From Octopus sinensis (lineage: Eukaryota): a stretch of 64,000 nucleotides of DNA. How positions within the stretch are numbered: position 1 is the stretch's first letter; each line of letters opens with the position of its first letter. The DNA lies in NCBI RefSeq assembly GCF_006345805.1, contig NC_042997.1, positions 30,442,001-30,506,000 on the forward strand. Direction: 5' to 3'. Made by a program: the position numbers and the translations under genes. The notes below the pieces were generated by a model. That model worked only from the letters and a program-made list of their open reading frames with translations, was not told the DNA's origin and did no database searches. Of the stretch, positions 1 through 11,590 are shown one piece after another.

Positions 1-190
1 TCGCTTGAGAAAAATGGCATAAAAAGAAAATGGGACACAAAACCTGCCAAAATATCAAAATGATGAAAACACTTGTGTGAGACGTGTGAGGCTCTTTAAA
101 CTATAAAACTTGGAGGGAAAAATAAAACAGATACTGAAAACACCGCAAGTTTCAAGTATGAGTAACTTTATACCATGTATATTTACACAC

Positions 191-417
191 GGAGGCGCAA
201 TGGCCTAGTGGTTAGGGCAGCGGACTCGCCGTCGCAGGATCGCGGTTTCGATTCCCAGACCGGGCGTTGTGAGTGTTTCACCACCCTTTCTCCCACTCTT
301 TCTTCTGTTGGCCTGCTCGCTTAGCCAGCGGGGTGACTTCATTTAAAGGATAAAACAATGCGAATGCATTGTGATCAGCGATGTGTAACAACATCTGATG
401 GTTTGGTCGGTCCCGTG
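191..417 (+). mobile_element. tRNA-derived SINE family A (tail type A2), internally deleted
   Basis: Head GGAGGCGCAATGGCCTAGTGGTTAGG...GTTTCGATTCCC with Pol III A/B boxes; 12-bp TSD ATATTTACACAC at 179-190 and 418-429; same family at 3281, 15797, 18447, 30270, 41455. Confidence 0.9.
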
Positions 418-590
418 ATATTTACACACACACCACACACACACACACACACTCCTGGCTGGCCATCGAATCTACTGAGTTAATTCTCTGGTGAGCTTTG
501 TCTTTCGTATCACCAAACAAGCTTGAGGTTCCAGTTTAGCTGCCGACTACCCAGCCATGTACCTTACACGTTATCAGTTGCAGATCTCTA

Positions 591-811
591 TCAGTGGCGA
601 GGCGGGGCTCGTGGGGTCCGAATTAACCCCCCACCCCCACCCCATCCGTAATGTCTTCCAGTCTGTCCCACCATTCGATTTTATTATATTTTCATATTTT
701 TGTAAAATTTTTAATGTCATTTGTTTTGTATAATCATTCGCTCATCTGACCCCAAAATCAGATTGTATTGTCCCCTCTTTGTTGGCCCCTTGTGGGTAAT
801 AAAAAAAATCA
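591..811 (+). mobile_element. 5'-truncated non-LTR retroelement 3' end carrying the family-D tail
   Basis: 23-bp direct repeat ACGTTA(T/C)CAGTTGCAGATCTCTA at 568-590 and 812-834; ends in GCCCCTTGTGGGTAATAAAAAAAA as SINE D does. Confidence 0.75.
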
Positions 812-1117
812 ACGTTACCAGTTGCAGATCTCTAATGATAAGATTTTTAACCTGGCAGGAAACAGACATGCATGCTCACAAACTAGCATACATACAAATG
901 CATGTGTACAAATATACATATGTATATGTCCACTTGGAGAAATGTTTTATAAAATGTAACTTGTCATACTCGTAATCGAACAAGATTTGAGCGTAGAGTG
1001 GGGAAAAGATTTCACTCCGTCCGACAAATGTCTATAAACATCATACCAAAGGTTCGAACCTAATAGCAGATCAATCCGATATAGACGAGGAACTCTTAAC
1101 GGGGAATCAGACTTGGA

Positions 1118-1167
1118 TCACCGTTTATACTTTTATTTAATTGCCACTATAAAAGTATAAACGGTGA
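1118..1167. repeat. Perfect 19-bp hairpin
   Basis: TCACCGTTTATACTTTTAT (1118-1136) pairs with ATAAAAGTATAAACGGTGA (1149-1167); 12-nt loop. Confidence 0.9.
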
Positions 1168-1749
1168 AAATATAATTATTCGATGACAAATCAACATTGG
1201 GTGGACATGAGGAAAACCCGAATCGAAAGTAGGGGGAGTTCTTACTTAGGACTCTGGCGACTGATGCACTACGTGGTCACCCAAACTACTAGAAATAGCG
1301 GCCAAACTACACTTAACTCCTACCTAGTTCTCAATATCCCTAAAAAACGGTCACACTTAGAATGGCTTTAATTGCATGCCTGCTTGGTTAGGGCTAACCG
1401 GTCGGTGAAGTGGAGACTAAATAACTACTACTACTACTACTACTACTACTACACATATTAAATGCCATGAGAATCAATCTAATGAGGCAACTCTCATTAA
1501 ATATATCGTACAGTTTACCTGGGAATATTTGGGTAATAGACATTAATTTCATTGCTGTCGCCACTCTCAGGTAAGAATTATATGCTCGGTGGGACTCACT
1601 GAATCACTTTTCTCACTGATCCCTTTTGTTTTTTTAGCTCTAGTCATTCCCGCCTTGTCGTGTATATCATACACCTCTTTATCTCCTTCCCCTCATACGT
1701 GCGCGCGTGTGTGTGTGGATGAATAGATAGATAGATAGATGGATGGATA

Positions 1750-1780
1750 GATAGAATACCCGGCGTTGCCCTGGCTGAAA
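1750..1780 (-). mobile_element. Degenerate Helitron-like 3' terminus
   Basis: ATAGAATACCCGGCGTTGCCCTGG resembles the CTAG plus hairpin end at 7593 and 62678; extent not defined. Confidence 0.4.
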
Positions 1781-2179
1781 AGAAGTTATAGTTCGTTCTT
1801 AATAAAGACACATTCCGTTTAATAGCTTTCCTTTCAACCTATCTTTGAAATTGTTATCCAGTACGTTTGTAGCAGTCTTGTTTATTATGCCCTGAGCTAC
1901 AGATATGCACTCAATAATACATTTTGAAATTTGTATAAATGACAATTATTTTATTCAAGGAAATTAAGTAAAATCACAGAAAATCACTTGAAAAAAATTT
2001 TGAAAGCAGAAGCACTGAGAATCAAACCATTTGTGCAAATAGAAATTATTTCCTTAATGTGTAGAATAAGAAAACTGCAATATATGATGCAGTGATACAA
2101 ATATATAGAGTTTGCACATGAACAAGGATTACAATGCCGAGAGAGACTCTCTGGTTTAAGGTCTACATATATATATATA

Positions 2180-2320
2180 CACGACGGGCCGCTTTCAGTT
2201 TCCGTCTACTAAATCCACTCATAAAGCTTTGGTCGGCCCGAGGCAAAGAAGTCACTTGCCCAAGGTGAACCCAGAACCGTGTGGTTGGGAAGTAAGCTTC
2301 CTACCACACAGCCACACCTT
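2180..2320 (-). mobile_element. SINE family C, 5' part
   Basis: Matches the 5' half of the copy at 63594-64000. Confidence 0.85.
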
Positions 2321-2328
2321 CGTGTATG

Positions 2329-2369
<41 letters not shown>

Positions 2370-2399
2370 TTAGGGTGTTGCACTCGTGATAGCAAGACA

Positions 2400-3250
2400 G
2401 TGATTTCGAGCCCCAGATTGGGCGGTACATTGTCATTTCATGTTTCCCAGCGATCATCGACACAGGCAATGTCGATTTGATTAAAGGACAGGTAGGTGAG
2501 CTTGACCTAACCTTTCAAGTTTGGGGCGTCTGTATGGTAAGGTATGTCTCACAAGTTACGTTACCATCAAAGATAAACGGTCTCAACACATGAGCTTTCC
2601 ATAATTACCACCATACCATAATCCGTTGCATTCCTTGCTTGTTGTTTGGAAGGATCCATCCAAAGAGGAATGTTTTGCGACCAGTACCGAAGAATCTGTC
2701 GGTTAACCACACTGTTCGCATAAAAACAAAGCTTCGTCACTGATCAACACGGAGTCTTCTGCGAAGCGGTCGTTTTTAGCCTTGTTGATAAAGAACCATT
2801 CAAACATCTATAGTAATCTGTCAGCGTCGTCCTCTAAGTTGTGCAAGACTTGTAATTGGTACGGATGAAATTTCTCTTATGCTTTTCTCTACCTTTTTAA
2901 GATGTGTCTGATAGTTTCGCGAGAAACACCCAGCTCCATGGTCGTCCTGCGAAGTGACATTTTGAGGTTACCAAAACCTTTTAACCATCATGGCTCCTTT
3001 CGCCTTCATGCGTTACAGTTGGTCATTCGGGGTTTGTCCAAGACACTTCTTCATTGAATTTCTTGACCACCTTCACCTCCGAGGGAAAGGCGATGAGGAT
3101 CCTTCTGCATTGGGAACATCTGTCGATATGACGATCTCTCGAGTCAACTGAGTAGTACCAATTCAATTCTTTCATCGTCAGACAAGCTCCTATTCAATCT
3201 GCGGGAAGAAAATAAAACAAGTGATATTTCCCATGTATCCAGATTTTATG
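2400..3250 (-). pseudogene. Decayed Tc1/mariner-superfamily transposase
   Basis: Minus-strand fragments KFHPYQLQVLHNLEDDAD, LISDEALF and VVNRQILRYWSQN resemble rosa/maT-type motifs (FSDEA, VNRHN.RYW); many stops and frameshifts. Confidence 0.6.
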
Positions 3251-3280
3251 GTCACTCTGTATATATATATGTGTGTGTGT

Positions 3281-3586
3281 GGAGGCGCAATGGCCCAGTG
3301 GTTAGGGCAGCGGATTCGCAGTCGTAAGATCGTAGTTTCGATTCCCAGACCGGGCGTTGTGAGTGTTTATTGACCAAAACCTCTAAAGCTCCACGAGACT
3401 CCGGCGGGGGGGGGGCGTACCTTGTTGTACTCTTTCGCCACATCTCTCTCTCGTTCTTTCTTCTGTTGGCCTGCTCGCTTAGCCAGAGGGGTGGCGTCAT
3501 TTGAAGGCTAAAACAATGCGAAGCGCATTGTGACTAACGATGTGTAGCAACATCTGATAGCCTGGTCGGTCACGGTGATCACGGTG

Positions 3587-3588
<2 letters not shown>
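3281..3588 (+). mobile_element. SINE family A (tail A2)
   Basis: Full tRNA-like head; same tail as 191-417. Confidence 0.9.
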
Positions 3589-3619
<31 letters not shown>

Positions 3620-4257
3620 CGTGTACCATATAAAATGTATGTATGTGTGTGTGTGTATAGATTATATACTTATACTTAAGAGTAGAGAAGCGGAAGGTTC
3701 CGAGGTAGCGGGCTATAGAGAACCTGCTGCTTATCTAAATTTGTACGCATAGACGTAAATATATGTATGTGTGTGCATGTGTGTGTATGTGTGTATATAT
3801 ATATGTGTGTGTGTGTATATATATATATAAGTATATGTGTGAATATACAGTATGTGTTTGTGTACATATATATATATATATATACATACACACACAAACA
3901 TATACGTACACAGAGTGGCGTCTACAATTGATATGTCATTCATGTTTGCAGAGATACTTATCTTTATCTCTCAGCCACTCACTTTGATTTTTTTTTTACC
4001 TTTCTCCAACTCAACATCTTATTCCTCACTTCCCTCCTCCCCCTCTCTCTCCCGCTCTTTCTCTCTCCAATCTTTTCTAAATCTCTCGCTTCTTTTTATC
4101 TCTGTATCTCCCACGTTACTACATTTCACTATCTACATCTTATAAACACTCAAACACACACACGAATAAACACTCAATGTTACATACACTTAAATTTCTC
4201 ACGCATAAATATTCCTTATCTTAATTCATACTAATACAGGCGATGTCGTGCATTTCA

Positions 4258-4258
4258 A

Positions 4259-4298
<40 letters not shown>

Positions 4299-4345
4299 AA
4301 ACACACAACACACACACACACACCACACACACACACACAAACACA

Positions 4346-4383
<38 letters not shown>

Positions 4384-4402
4384 CATATGTATATATATAT
4401 GT
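4258..4402. repeat. (CA)n/(TA)n microsatellite, representative of dozens in the window
   Basis: Directly visible. Others include (CATA)n 6640-6785, (GATA)n 19783-19900, (CT)n 36974-37042 and 58024-58082, (TA)n 35347-35411 and 49033-49220. Confidence 0.95.
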
Positions 4403-4595
4403 ACATTCTCCTAGAGATATAAATATATCAAGCATGTCGTGCATACATACACGTACAGCTCAACATAGATGTGGCAAAACATATAAATATTGGCAAAAAA
4501 CGTATAAAAATACGCATTTCTTTCCATGACCACTGCTTCGGGATCTGCCGCTTTTCTACACTTATTATAAATTCTCATTAATATTAGTAATAATT

Positions 4596-5199
4596 TTTTT
4601 TTTTTTTTACTACCCACAAGGGGCTAAACACAGAGAGGACAAACAAGGACAGACAAACGGATTAAGTCGATTATATCGACCCCAGTGCGTAACTGGTACT
4701 TATTTTATCGATATCCGTAAGTATGAAAAGCAAAGTCGACCTCTGTGGAATCTGAACTCAGAACGTAACGGCAGACGAAATATCTATTTCTTTACTACCC
4801 ACAAGGGGCTAAACACAGAAAAGACAAACAAGGACAGATATAGGTATTAAGTCGATTACATCGACCCCAGTGCGTAACTGGTACTTAATTTATCGACCCC
4901 GAAAGGATGAAAGGCAAAGTCAACCTCAGCGGAATTTGAACTCAGAACGTAACGGCAGATGAAATACCTATTCCTTTACTACCCACAAGGGGCTAAACAC
5001 AGAGGGGACAAACAAGGACAGACAAACGGATTAAGTCGATTATATCGACCCCAGTGCGTAACTGGTACTTATTTAATCGACTCCGAAAGGATGAAAGGCA
5101 AAGTCAACCTCGGCGGAATTTGAACTCAAAAAGTAACGGCAGACGAAATACGACTACGCATTTTGCCCGACGTGCTAATGTTTCTGCCAGCTCGCCGCC
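4596..5199 (-). mobile_element. SINE family D trimer (one head, three bodies/tails)
   Basis: Head GGCGGCGAGCTGGCAGAAAC at 5199; ~185-bp body repeated, junctions near 4783 and 4967; single TSD TTAGTAATAATT at 4584-4595 and 5200-5211. Confidence 0.9.
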
Positions 5200-5499
5200 T
5201 TAGTAATAATTGGCGCACTTCCCTGTGTCGGTAAATGTTTGGTGCTTTGGAAAACCTGGGATTTTAAAGTAAAGAAATAGACTGACCCTCCCTTTACCAC
5301 TACATCTTGTTGGTAGAACAATGAAAATAATACTTGTCTGAAGTTGAACACGTTACCTTTATTGCTGTTAATAAACTCCATCGATAGAAACCAGCTTCTT
5401 TCTTGTAGGAAGAATTCAGATAATCAAAAAGCGGAAAATAGAATATGTACTTAATATATTTTTATCAATCACTTGGTTACGTGATTAACTGCCTCAGTA

Positions 5500-5895
5500 C
5501 CAATATTTTGGCACAAGGTTAGTGAATTTAGGAAAGTTGGTAAGATGGTTATATCGGTCCCAGTGCTCAACTGATACTTATTTTATCGATCACCGAAAGG
5601 ATGAAAAGCAAAGTCGACCTCTGTAGAATCTGAACTCAGAACGTAACAGCAGATGAAATATCTATTTCTTTACTACCCACAAGGGGCTAAACACAGAGAG
5701 GACAAACAAGAACAGACAAACGTATTAAGGCGATTACATCGACCCCAGTGCGTAACTGGTACTTATTTAATCGACCCGGAAAGGATGAAAGGCAAAGTCA
5801 ACCTCAGCGGAATTTGAACTCAGAACGTAACGGCAGACGAAATACCGCTAAACATTTTGTCCAGCGTGCTAACGACTCTGCCAGCTCTCCACCCT
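5500..5895 (-). mobile_element. SINE family D dimer (young-tail unit plus older-tail unit)
   Basis: Junction near 5662 at the same position as in the trimer; the 3' unit ends in the alternative ...CTTGTGCCAAAA tail. Confidence 0.85.
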
Positions 5896-6095
5896 CCTCA
5901 CTACAAATATTGAGAAGCAGAGATTCACAAAACAATAAAGAACGCGCAAAATAAGATTGCAGTTGCAAACTTTCAAAGGTATTGTCGTCATATATAAAAC
6001 AGTACTGAAATTCAGCATGTATACAAAGATCCGCATATGCAATGGATCCATGTCTGCAGCAATGTTCCCAATTGCACATGCATGCGTATATGCAT

Positions 6096-6135
<40 letters not shown>

Positions 6136-6510
6136 TGCTTGTTTCAGTCATTAGACTGCGGCCATGCTGGGGAGCCAACTTGAATTTTAGTCGAACGAAT
6201 CGGCCCCAGAACTTATTTTATATCAAGCGTGGTACTTTTATCAATCGGTCCTTTTTGCCGAACCGTTAAATTACGGTGATGTAAATACACCAACAACGGT
6301 CGTGAAGCAGTCGTGTGGGACAAACACACACACACACACTATACATACACGATGAGCTTCTTTCAGTTTCCGTCTACCAAATCTACTCACAAGGGTTTGG
6401 TCGATCCGAGGGAATAAAAGAAGACACTTGCCCAAGGTGCCACGCAGCAAGTCTAAACTCAGAACCATCGGGTTAAGAAGCAAACTTCTTACTACACAGC
6501 AACGTATGCA
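6136..6510 (-). mobile_element. SINE family C (diverged)
   Basis: Colinear with the other family C copies. Confidence 0.85.
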
Positions 6511-7592
6511 TACGTACATTACCCTGTAGTCTAACTTCCAGCAAATGAATTACTTCAAGGCTAGAAACCGGCTCTTTCTCCTTTGGTAAAAATTCGAGAA
6601 AAAAAATCACGAACGAATGATCGGACATACATACATACATAGCGTGCGGACACATACATAAATATATGCATGCACACATACATGCATACGCACATACATA
6701 CATACATACATACATACATACATACATACATACATACATGCACACATACATGCATACCCACATACATACATACATACATACATACAAACTAACTCTTACC
6801 ACAACATTATTTTACCCTCAACGTGACGCTCTGCTGCGTAGTAAAAAGAGCAGCCAGTTCCCCCTCATCTCAGCACCATCAACTTTTAAAAAAATACTTT
6901 GGGAAAACACATTGTATAATGTAGTCTTATATTTCTCTAAAATTTCTCTAAAAAGAGACTGTCACGACAAGAGCGCTTTTGATGAAAATCTCTACTCGAT
7001 TAAGGTTGAGCTACAGCTAAACAATAACATTCTGAATTTTTTTGAAACCTTTTTTTAATGTTATTACCATCTTTTTTTTTCTTTTTTGCTTTTGTAGTCT
7101 TTTCTTGCTTACATTCGCCCTCCCCCCTCACACACACCCACTTACTCTTCCATAGACGAATTTATACTAAGAAAAAAAAAAAAAAAAGGAAAGACAGAAG
7201 AAACGCACTTTGACGTTCTCTTCGCTTTTGAGAATCCTGGCTTACATTTACGTATACATTGCTTTGACACGTACGCAGACAAGTTTGCTCATTCATAAAA
7301 CCACTTAGCAAAGTTTTTATTATTGTATTTTTTTTTTTCTGCTGAGGAAAAAAAACCGCACAAAAAAGGAAAAGAAAAGAAGGTAGATATAGGCTGGCTA
7401 TGTCGAAATTGATAACAGTAGCAGAAGTACTTGCAATAACATCTCAGTCTTCCAGTCAGTCGCCAAAGTGTCGATAAATTTGATAGTATTATCTGTTAGA
7501 GTCCCTTATATGAAATATGAGTTTAAAAACTTTGATTAACTGAAATAATCCAAGCCATCAATACCCAAAAATTGTCTTAGGTATATTTAAAA

Positions 7593-7976
7593 CTAGCAGT
7601 ATCGTCCGGCGTTGCTCGGGTTTGTAAGGGAAATAACTATATAAGCATTTTTAGAGATGTAAAGTATAATAGCCGTCTCAATATGGCTAACCACAAAGGG
7701 GGGGGGGTGTTACTGTAGCTTTTTACGTTCTGAGATTTAATAATAAATTTTTAGAGTTACCTCCCTTATATATGCCAAAAATGCATTAAAAATGGGAAAA
7801 ATTGATGGTAAATTCTTTTTAAAATCGTAGACTCATCGTAGACGCGCGCTAATACCCAGAAGGGCTCGATATGAATCACGACTATAAGATACCCGGTTTT
7901 GGTTAAACTGTGGGAGTAGTTAGGAATCTAAATCGTAGGAGACAGACACACAACTTCACTTTTATATATATAAAGA
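7593..7976 (-). mobile_element. Non-autonomous Helitron
   Basis: Minus strand begins TC(TTTATATA) at 7976, ends in a GC hairpin then CTAG at 7593; inserted between A and T with no TSD; 3' ~75 bp nearly identical to the copy at 62678. Confidence 0.85.
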
Positions 7977-8282
7977 TATATTTTTAAAAAAACAAGCAAG
8001 GGAGATAATTCATATAAAATCAAGAAGCAGAGTAGCTGCTCAGAACTACAGGCCTATTTCTGACTCCAAGTCAAGGGAAGTTGATTATATTCAAGAAAAA
8101 AAATTACTTGTTCACTGACATGCAACACCGCATCCGTCCAGGAAGTAACTGCTTCAAACAGCCATTACAGAGATTATAGCTGGGTACTGAAACAGCTGTT
8201 CACTTATTTAAATGTGGATGTGATATGCCGTATTAACTATTGTATGAGTTGCACCTTTACTTCTATGTTTTGATTGTCTTTC

Positions 8283-8629
8283 ACTTGTTTCAATCATTAG
8301 ACTGCGGCCATTCTGGAGCACCGCCTTGAAGAGTTTTACCCGAATGAATTGACCCCAGTACGTTATTATTATTTTTTTTAATGCCTGGTTCTTATTCTAG
8401 CCGGCTCTTTTTGCCGAACCGCTAAGTTGCAGGGACGTAAACACACAAACACCAGTTTTCAAGCGGTGGGGGGACAAACACAAAGGCACAGACACACCCA
8501 TATATATATATATATATATATATATATCTTTTGCTGAACCGCTAAGTTACGGGAACGTAAACACACCAACACCAGTTTCCAAGCGATGGGGAGACAAACA
8601 TTAAGACACAGACACACCCATATGTATAT

Positions 8630-8670
<41 letters not shown>

Positions 8671-8807
8671 CACGATAGGCTTCTTTCAGTTTCCGTCTAC
8701 CAAATCCACTCACACGATTTGGTCGGCCCGAGGCCATTGTAGAAGACTGTAAGACTGAACCAAGCACCATATGGTCGGGGAGCAAGCTTCTTACCACTCC
8801 TGTACCT
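8283..8807 (-). mobile_element. SINE family C with internal duplication
   Basis: Segment TCTTTTGC(C/T)GAACCGCTAAG...GACACACCCATA appears twice (about 8408-8526 and 8527-8640). Confidence 0.85.
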
Positions 8808-9312
8808 ATTTTGTCTTTTCCTAATTTTAGCTTTGCTCCGTGGATAAGTCATACCCCAGTCTTTTTTTTTTTTTTTTTTGTATTTTTGGGGCGGAGTCTT
8901 CTTTTATTTTTTTACAACGAAAATCAAATATGAAATAATGTAAATAAATATGTAACTCGGCTTTGAGAATGCCTTCGATCAAGTCGAGCGTGAACTATGC
9001 CACGAACTGCTTGATCTCGGCATCGTTGGAAAAATAAGGGATAGTTTGCATGACTTTTTAAATAAGTAAGAACTAGACAGTTGCAGCCAACCTTACACCC
9101 TCTCAAGGAACATTACTTCTAAGCGAACTCCCTGAAAGAATCATACTGGAACAGCCGCTGTTTATAGTAACTCTCTCAATCATACAATCAGCCACTCTCT
9201 ACTGCAACGCAGACGATACAAATGTATCACAAGCAACAGATAATCATGATGATAACGCAAAATTACAAAAATGGTAAATATAGAAGGAAATAGAAGAAAC
9301 AGATAGTTCGAT

Positions 9313-9564
9313 ACATTATTTACAGTATTTACAATTGACGGCTATTTGTCCTCGTCTTTTTTGTTGTTAACACAACGTTTCGGCTGATATACCCTCCAGC
9401 CTTCATCGGGTGTCTTGGAGGAAATTTCGAACTTGATGGAGGCTGGAGGGTATATCAACCGAAACGTTGTATTAACAACAAACACGATGAGGACAAATAT
9501 CCGTTAATTGTAAATACTGTAAATAATGTACATAATTCCTCATCTCTTAAAAATAGAACTGAAG
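9313..9564. mobile_element. Penelope-like inverted-repeat insertion with hammerhead-like motifs
   Basis: About 9313-9408 is inverted at about 9434-9530; each arm has the GGCTG-loop-CA(G/A)CC-GAAACGTT motif; 9-bp TSD TAGTTCGAT at 9304-9312 and 9565-9573. Confidence 0.75.
9369..9414 (-). ncRNA. Minimal type-I hammerhead ribozyme fold, one core mutation
   Basis: GACAC-CCGAUGA-A-GGCUG(GAGGGUAUAU)CAGCC-GAAAC-GUU-GUGUU; U4 changed to C. Confidence 0.65.
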
Positions 9565-10017
9565 TAGTTCGATGCTGTAAAACTTCAAAGGCGCTACTAT
9601 TAGTCAACCAGAACACACAGGGCCAAACGTTTTTGTAATTCCAGAATCGCAATCACTGTGCCATATGGAAATCGATATGGGCAATGTTGCACCATTCCAT
9701 TGGCATATCAACTAAGATGGGAGCAATGGTGCAAGCGATTGGCTGGTTGGATCTTGTGATCATTCAGGTTAACTACAAAAGAAATTAAAGTAGTCTGTGA
9801 AGCCCATTCTGTTCTCAGTCGCCTAGACTACTGCCCTCAATAATAGACTTCATATGACGTCAAACTAGTAGCAGAGCTCGAAGCAATCTGGTTTTGTTAT
9901 ATCAAGAGTTCCTCAGTGCAACGGATGAGTCACTAGGAAAGGCTAAAAGAACTGGGGTTCTACTCACTAGAGCGAAATCGTGAAATATATGCTGTAATGC
10001 GCACACACATACACACA

Positions 10018-10055
<38 letters not shown>

Positions 10056-10104
10056 GAAAATATTTGATAATCGAGCATCACATTTTTAGACTGTAAGTTA
10101 TATC

Positions 10105-10320
10105 GGTTTCAAATTATGGCACAAGGCCAGCAGTTTTGGGGAAAGAGTTAGGTCGATTATATCGACCCCAATATTCAACTGGTACTTATTTTACTGACCT
10201 CGAAAGGATGAAAGGTAAAGTCGACTTCAGCGGAATTTGAATTCAGACCGTAAAGACGGACAAAATGCCGCTAAGCATTTAGCCCGGTGTGATAACGATT
10301 CTACCAGCTCGCCATCTTAA
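10105..10320 (-). mobile_element. SINE family D (older tail type)
   Basis: Conserved body GAAAGGATGAAAGGTAAAGTCGAC and head CCAGCTCGCC on the plus strand. Confidence 0.85.
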
Positions 10321-10329
10321 AGCTTTTAA

Positions 10330-10469
10330 GATGTATCAACACCTTATCGGATGCCGCAAAGTACTACCAACGGTCCCACACTCACCATCTTAAGGACCGA
10401 TCTGTATCAATACTTAATTGGATGCCGCTACGTAGTACCAACGGTCCCACACACACCATCTCAAGGACC
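10330..10469. repeat. ~70-bp tandem duplication
   Basis: GGATGCCGC...TACCAACGGTCCCACAC.CACCATCT.AAGGACC occurs twice. Confidence 0.85.
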
Positions 10470-10997
10470 AGACAGCTTAAGGTTCAAATGTATACAGCTT
10501 TCGCAGCTTTCCAATACCTTGCCAATATGCGTTAGAGATCTGCAAGGTAGAGAAGTGAATGTATTTAAAAAACACAAACAATAATTTTGAGATGTTAAGT
10601 GAGCTACATCACGGTGAGAAACACAAACGAGGGTGATGATATCCAACTCCCTTACTCCTGTAACAAACAATTCAGAGGTAGTAGTGGAATTAAACTACAG
10701 TAAAAGTTATACCGATGGCAGTGCAAAAGCATGGCCACAGCCTCAGGCTCTTTGTGTGTGAGTGTGAGTGAGAGTTATCCATACCTTAGTACAATCAAGT
10801 GTTCCTTGAGCATGCGTTTTGATTGAGCATCTATATGCATTTGGAACTTCTATCGCAGAGTTCCAAGCAGACATAATGGCGAAACACACGGAGGAACTTT
10901 AATATAAACCTGTGTTTATACTTATTTTTCCAGTATATTTTTATATTTCCAACGACGCTGGATTCGCCATGCATGATGTATGAAATCTCACCCGTTT

Positions 10998-11087
10998 AAC
11001 ATCTACCTGAAGATGGTGGATTATATGTTAAAGTGTAATCGATGAATACAGCCATAAAATTCTACTGAAACAGCTGTCATAAATGTT
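10998..11087 (+). ncRNA. Hammerhead-like fold with long stem-II loop (probable Penelope remnant)
   Basis: AACAUCUAC-CUGAAGA-U-GGUGGA...UCUACU-GAAAC-AGCU-GUC-AUAAAUGUU; intact core, palindromic stem III, two mismatches in stem I. Confidence 0.6.
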
Positions 11088-11199
11088 TCCACACCAGAAA
11101 CAAACACCAGTCAGATCTACAGTTTAAATTGGATTATTGTTCGCCCCATTGTGAACTCGATGTTACGGTATCTAGCCATTTCTGAGTTTGTACTGAATC

Positions 11200-11590
11200 C
11201 GTGGCTGTGTGGTAAGAAGCTTACTTCCCAACCACATGGCTCCGGGTTCATTCCCACTGCGTGGCACCTTGGACAAGTATCTTCTACTATTGCCTCGGGC
11301 CGACCAAATCTTTGTGAGTGGATTTGGTAGAGGGAAACTGAAAGAAGTATGTTGCACATATATATAATGTGTGTGTTTATGTGTATTTATGTCTGTGAAT
11401 CTTTGTTTTTCATTCCCCGCCAACGCTTGACAGCCGGTGCTAATAACTTAGTGGTTCGGCAAAGAAAACCGATAGAATTGGTACTAGGCTTACAAAGAAT
11501 AAATCCTGGGGTCGATTTCTTTGACTAAAAAATCCATTAAGGCAGTGCTCCAGCTTGGCCGTAGTCAAACGACTGAAACCAGTAAAAGAA
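11200..11590 (+). mobile_element. SINE family C
   Basis: GTGGCTGTGTGGTAAGAAGC...ACTGAAACCAGTAAAAGAA. Confidence 0.9.

Larger units (their letters stand above)
8950..10700 (+). pseudogene. CR1-like LINE RT/ORF2 remnant, interrupted by later insertions
   Basis: Fragments LGFENAFDQV (DFxKAFDxV), LYCNADDTNV (YADD), VLSRLDYC, ERLKELGFYSLE and LPICVRDLQG occur in the expected order. Confidence 0.75.

Noticed and set aside
4596-5199. Regular repeats resembling a CRISPR array
   Set aside because: Whole units repeat with no unique spacers, the context is eukaryotic and there are no cas genes.
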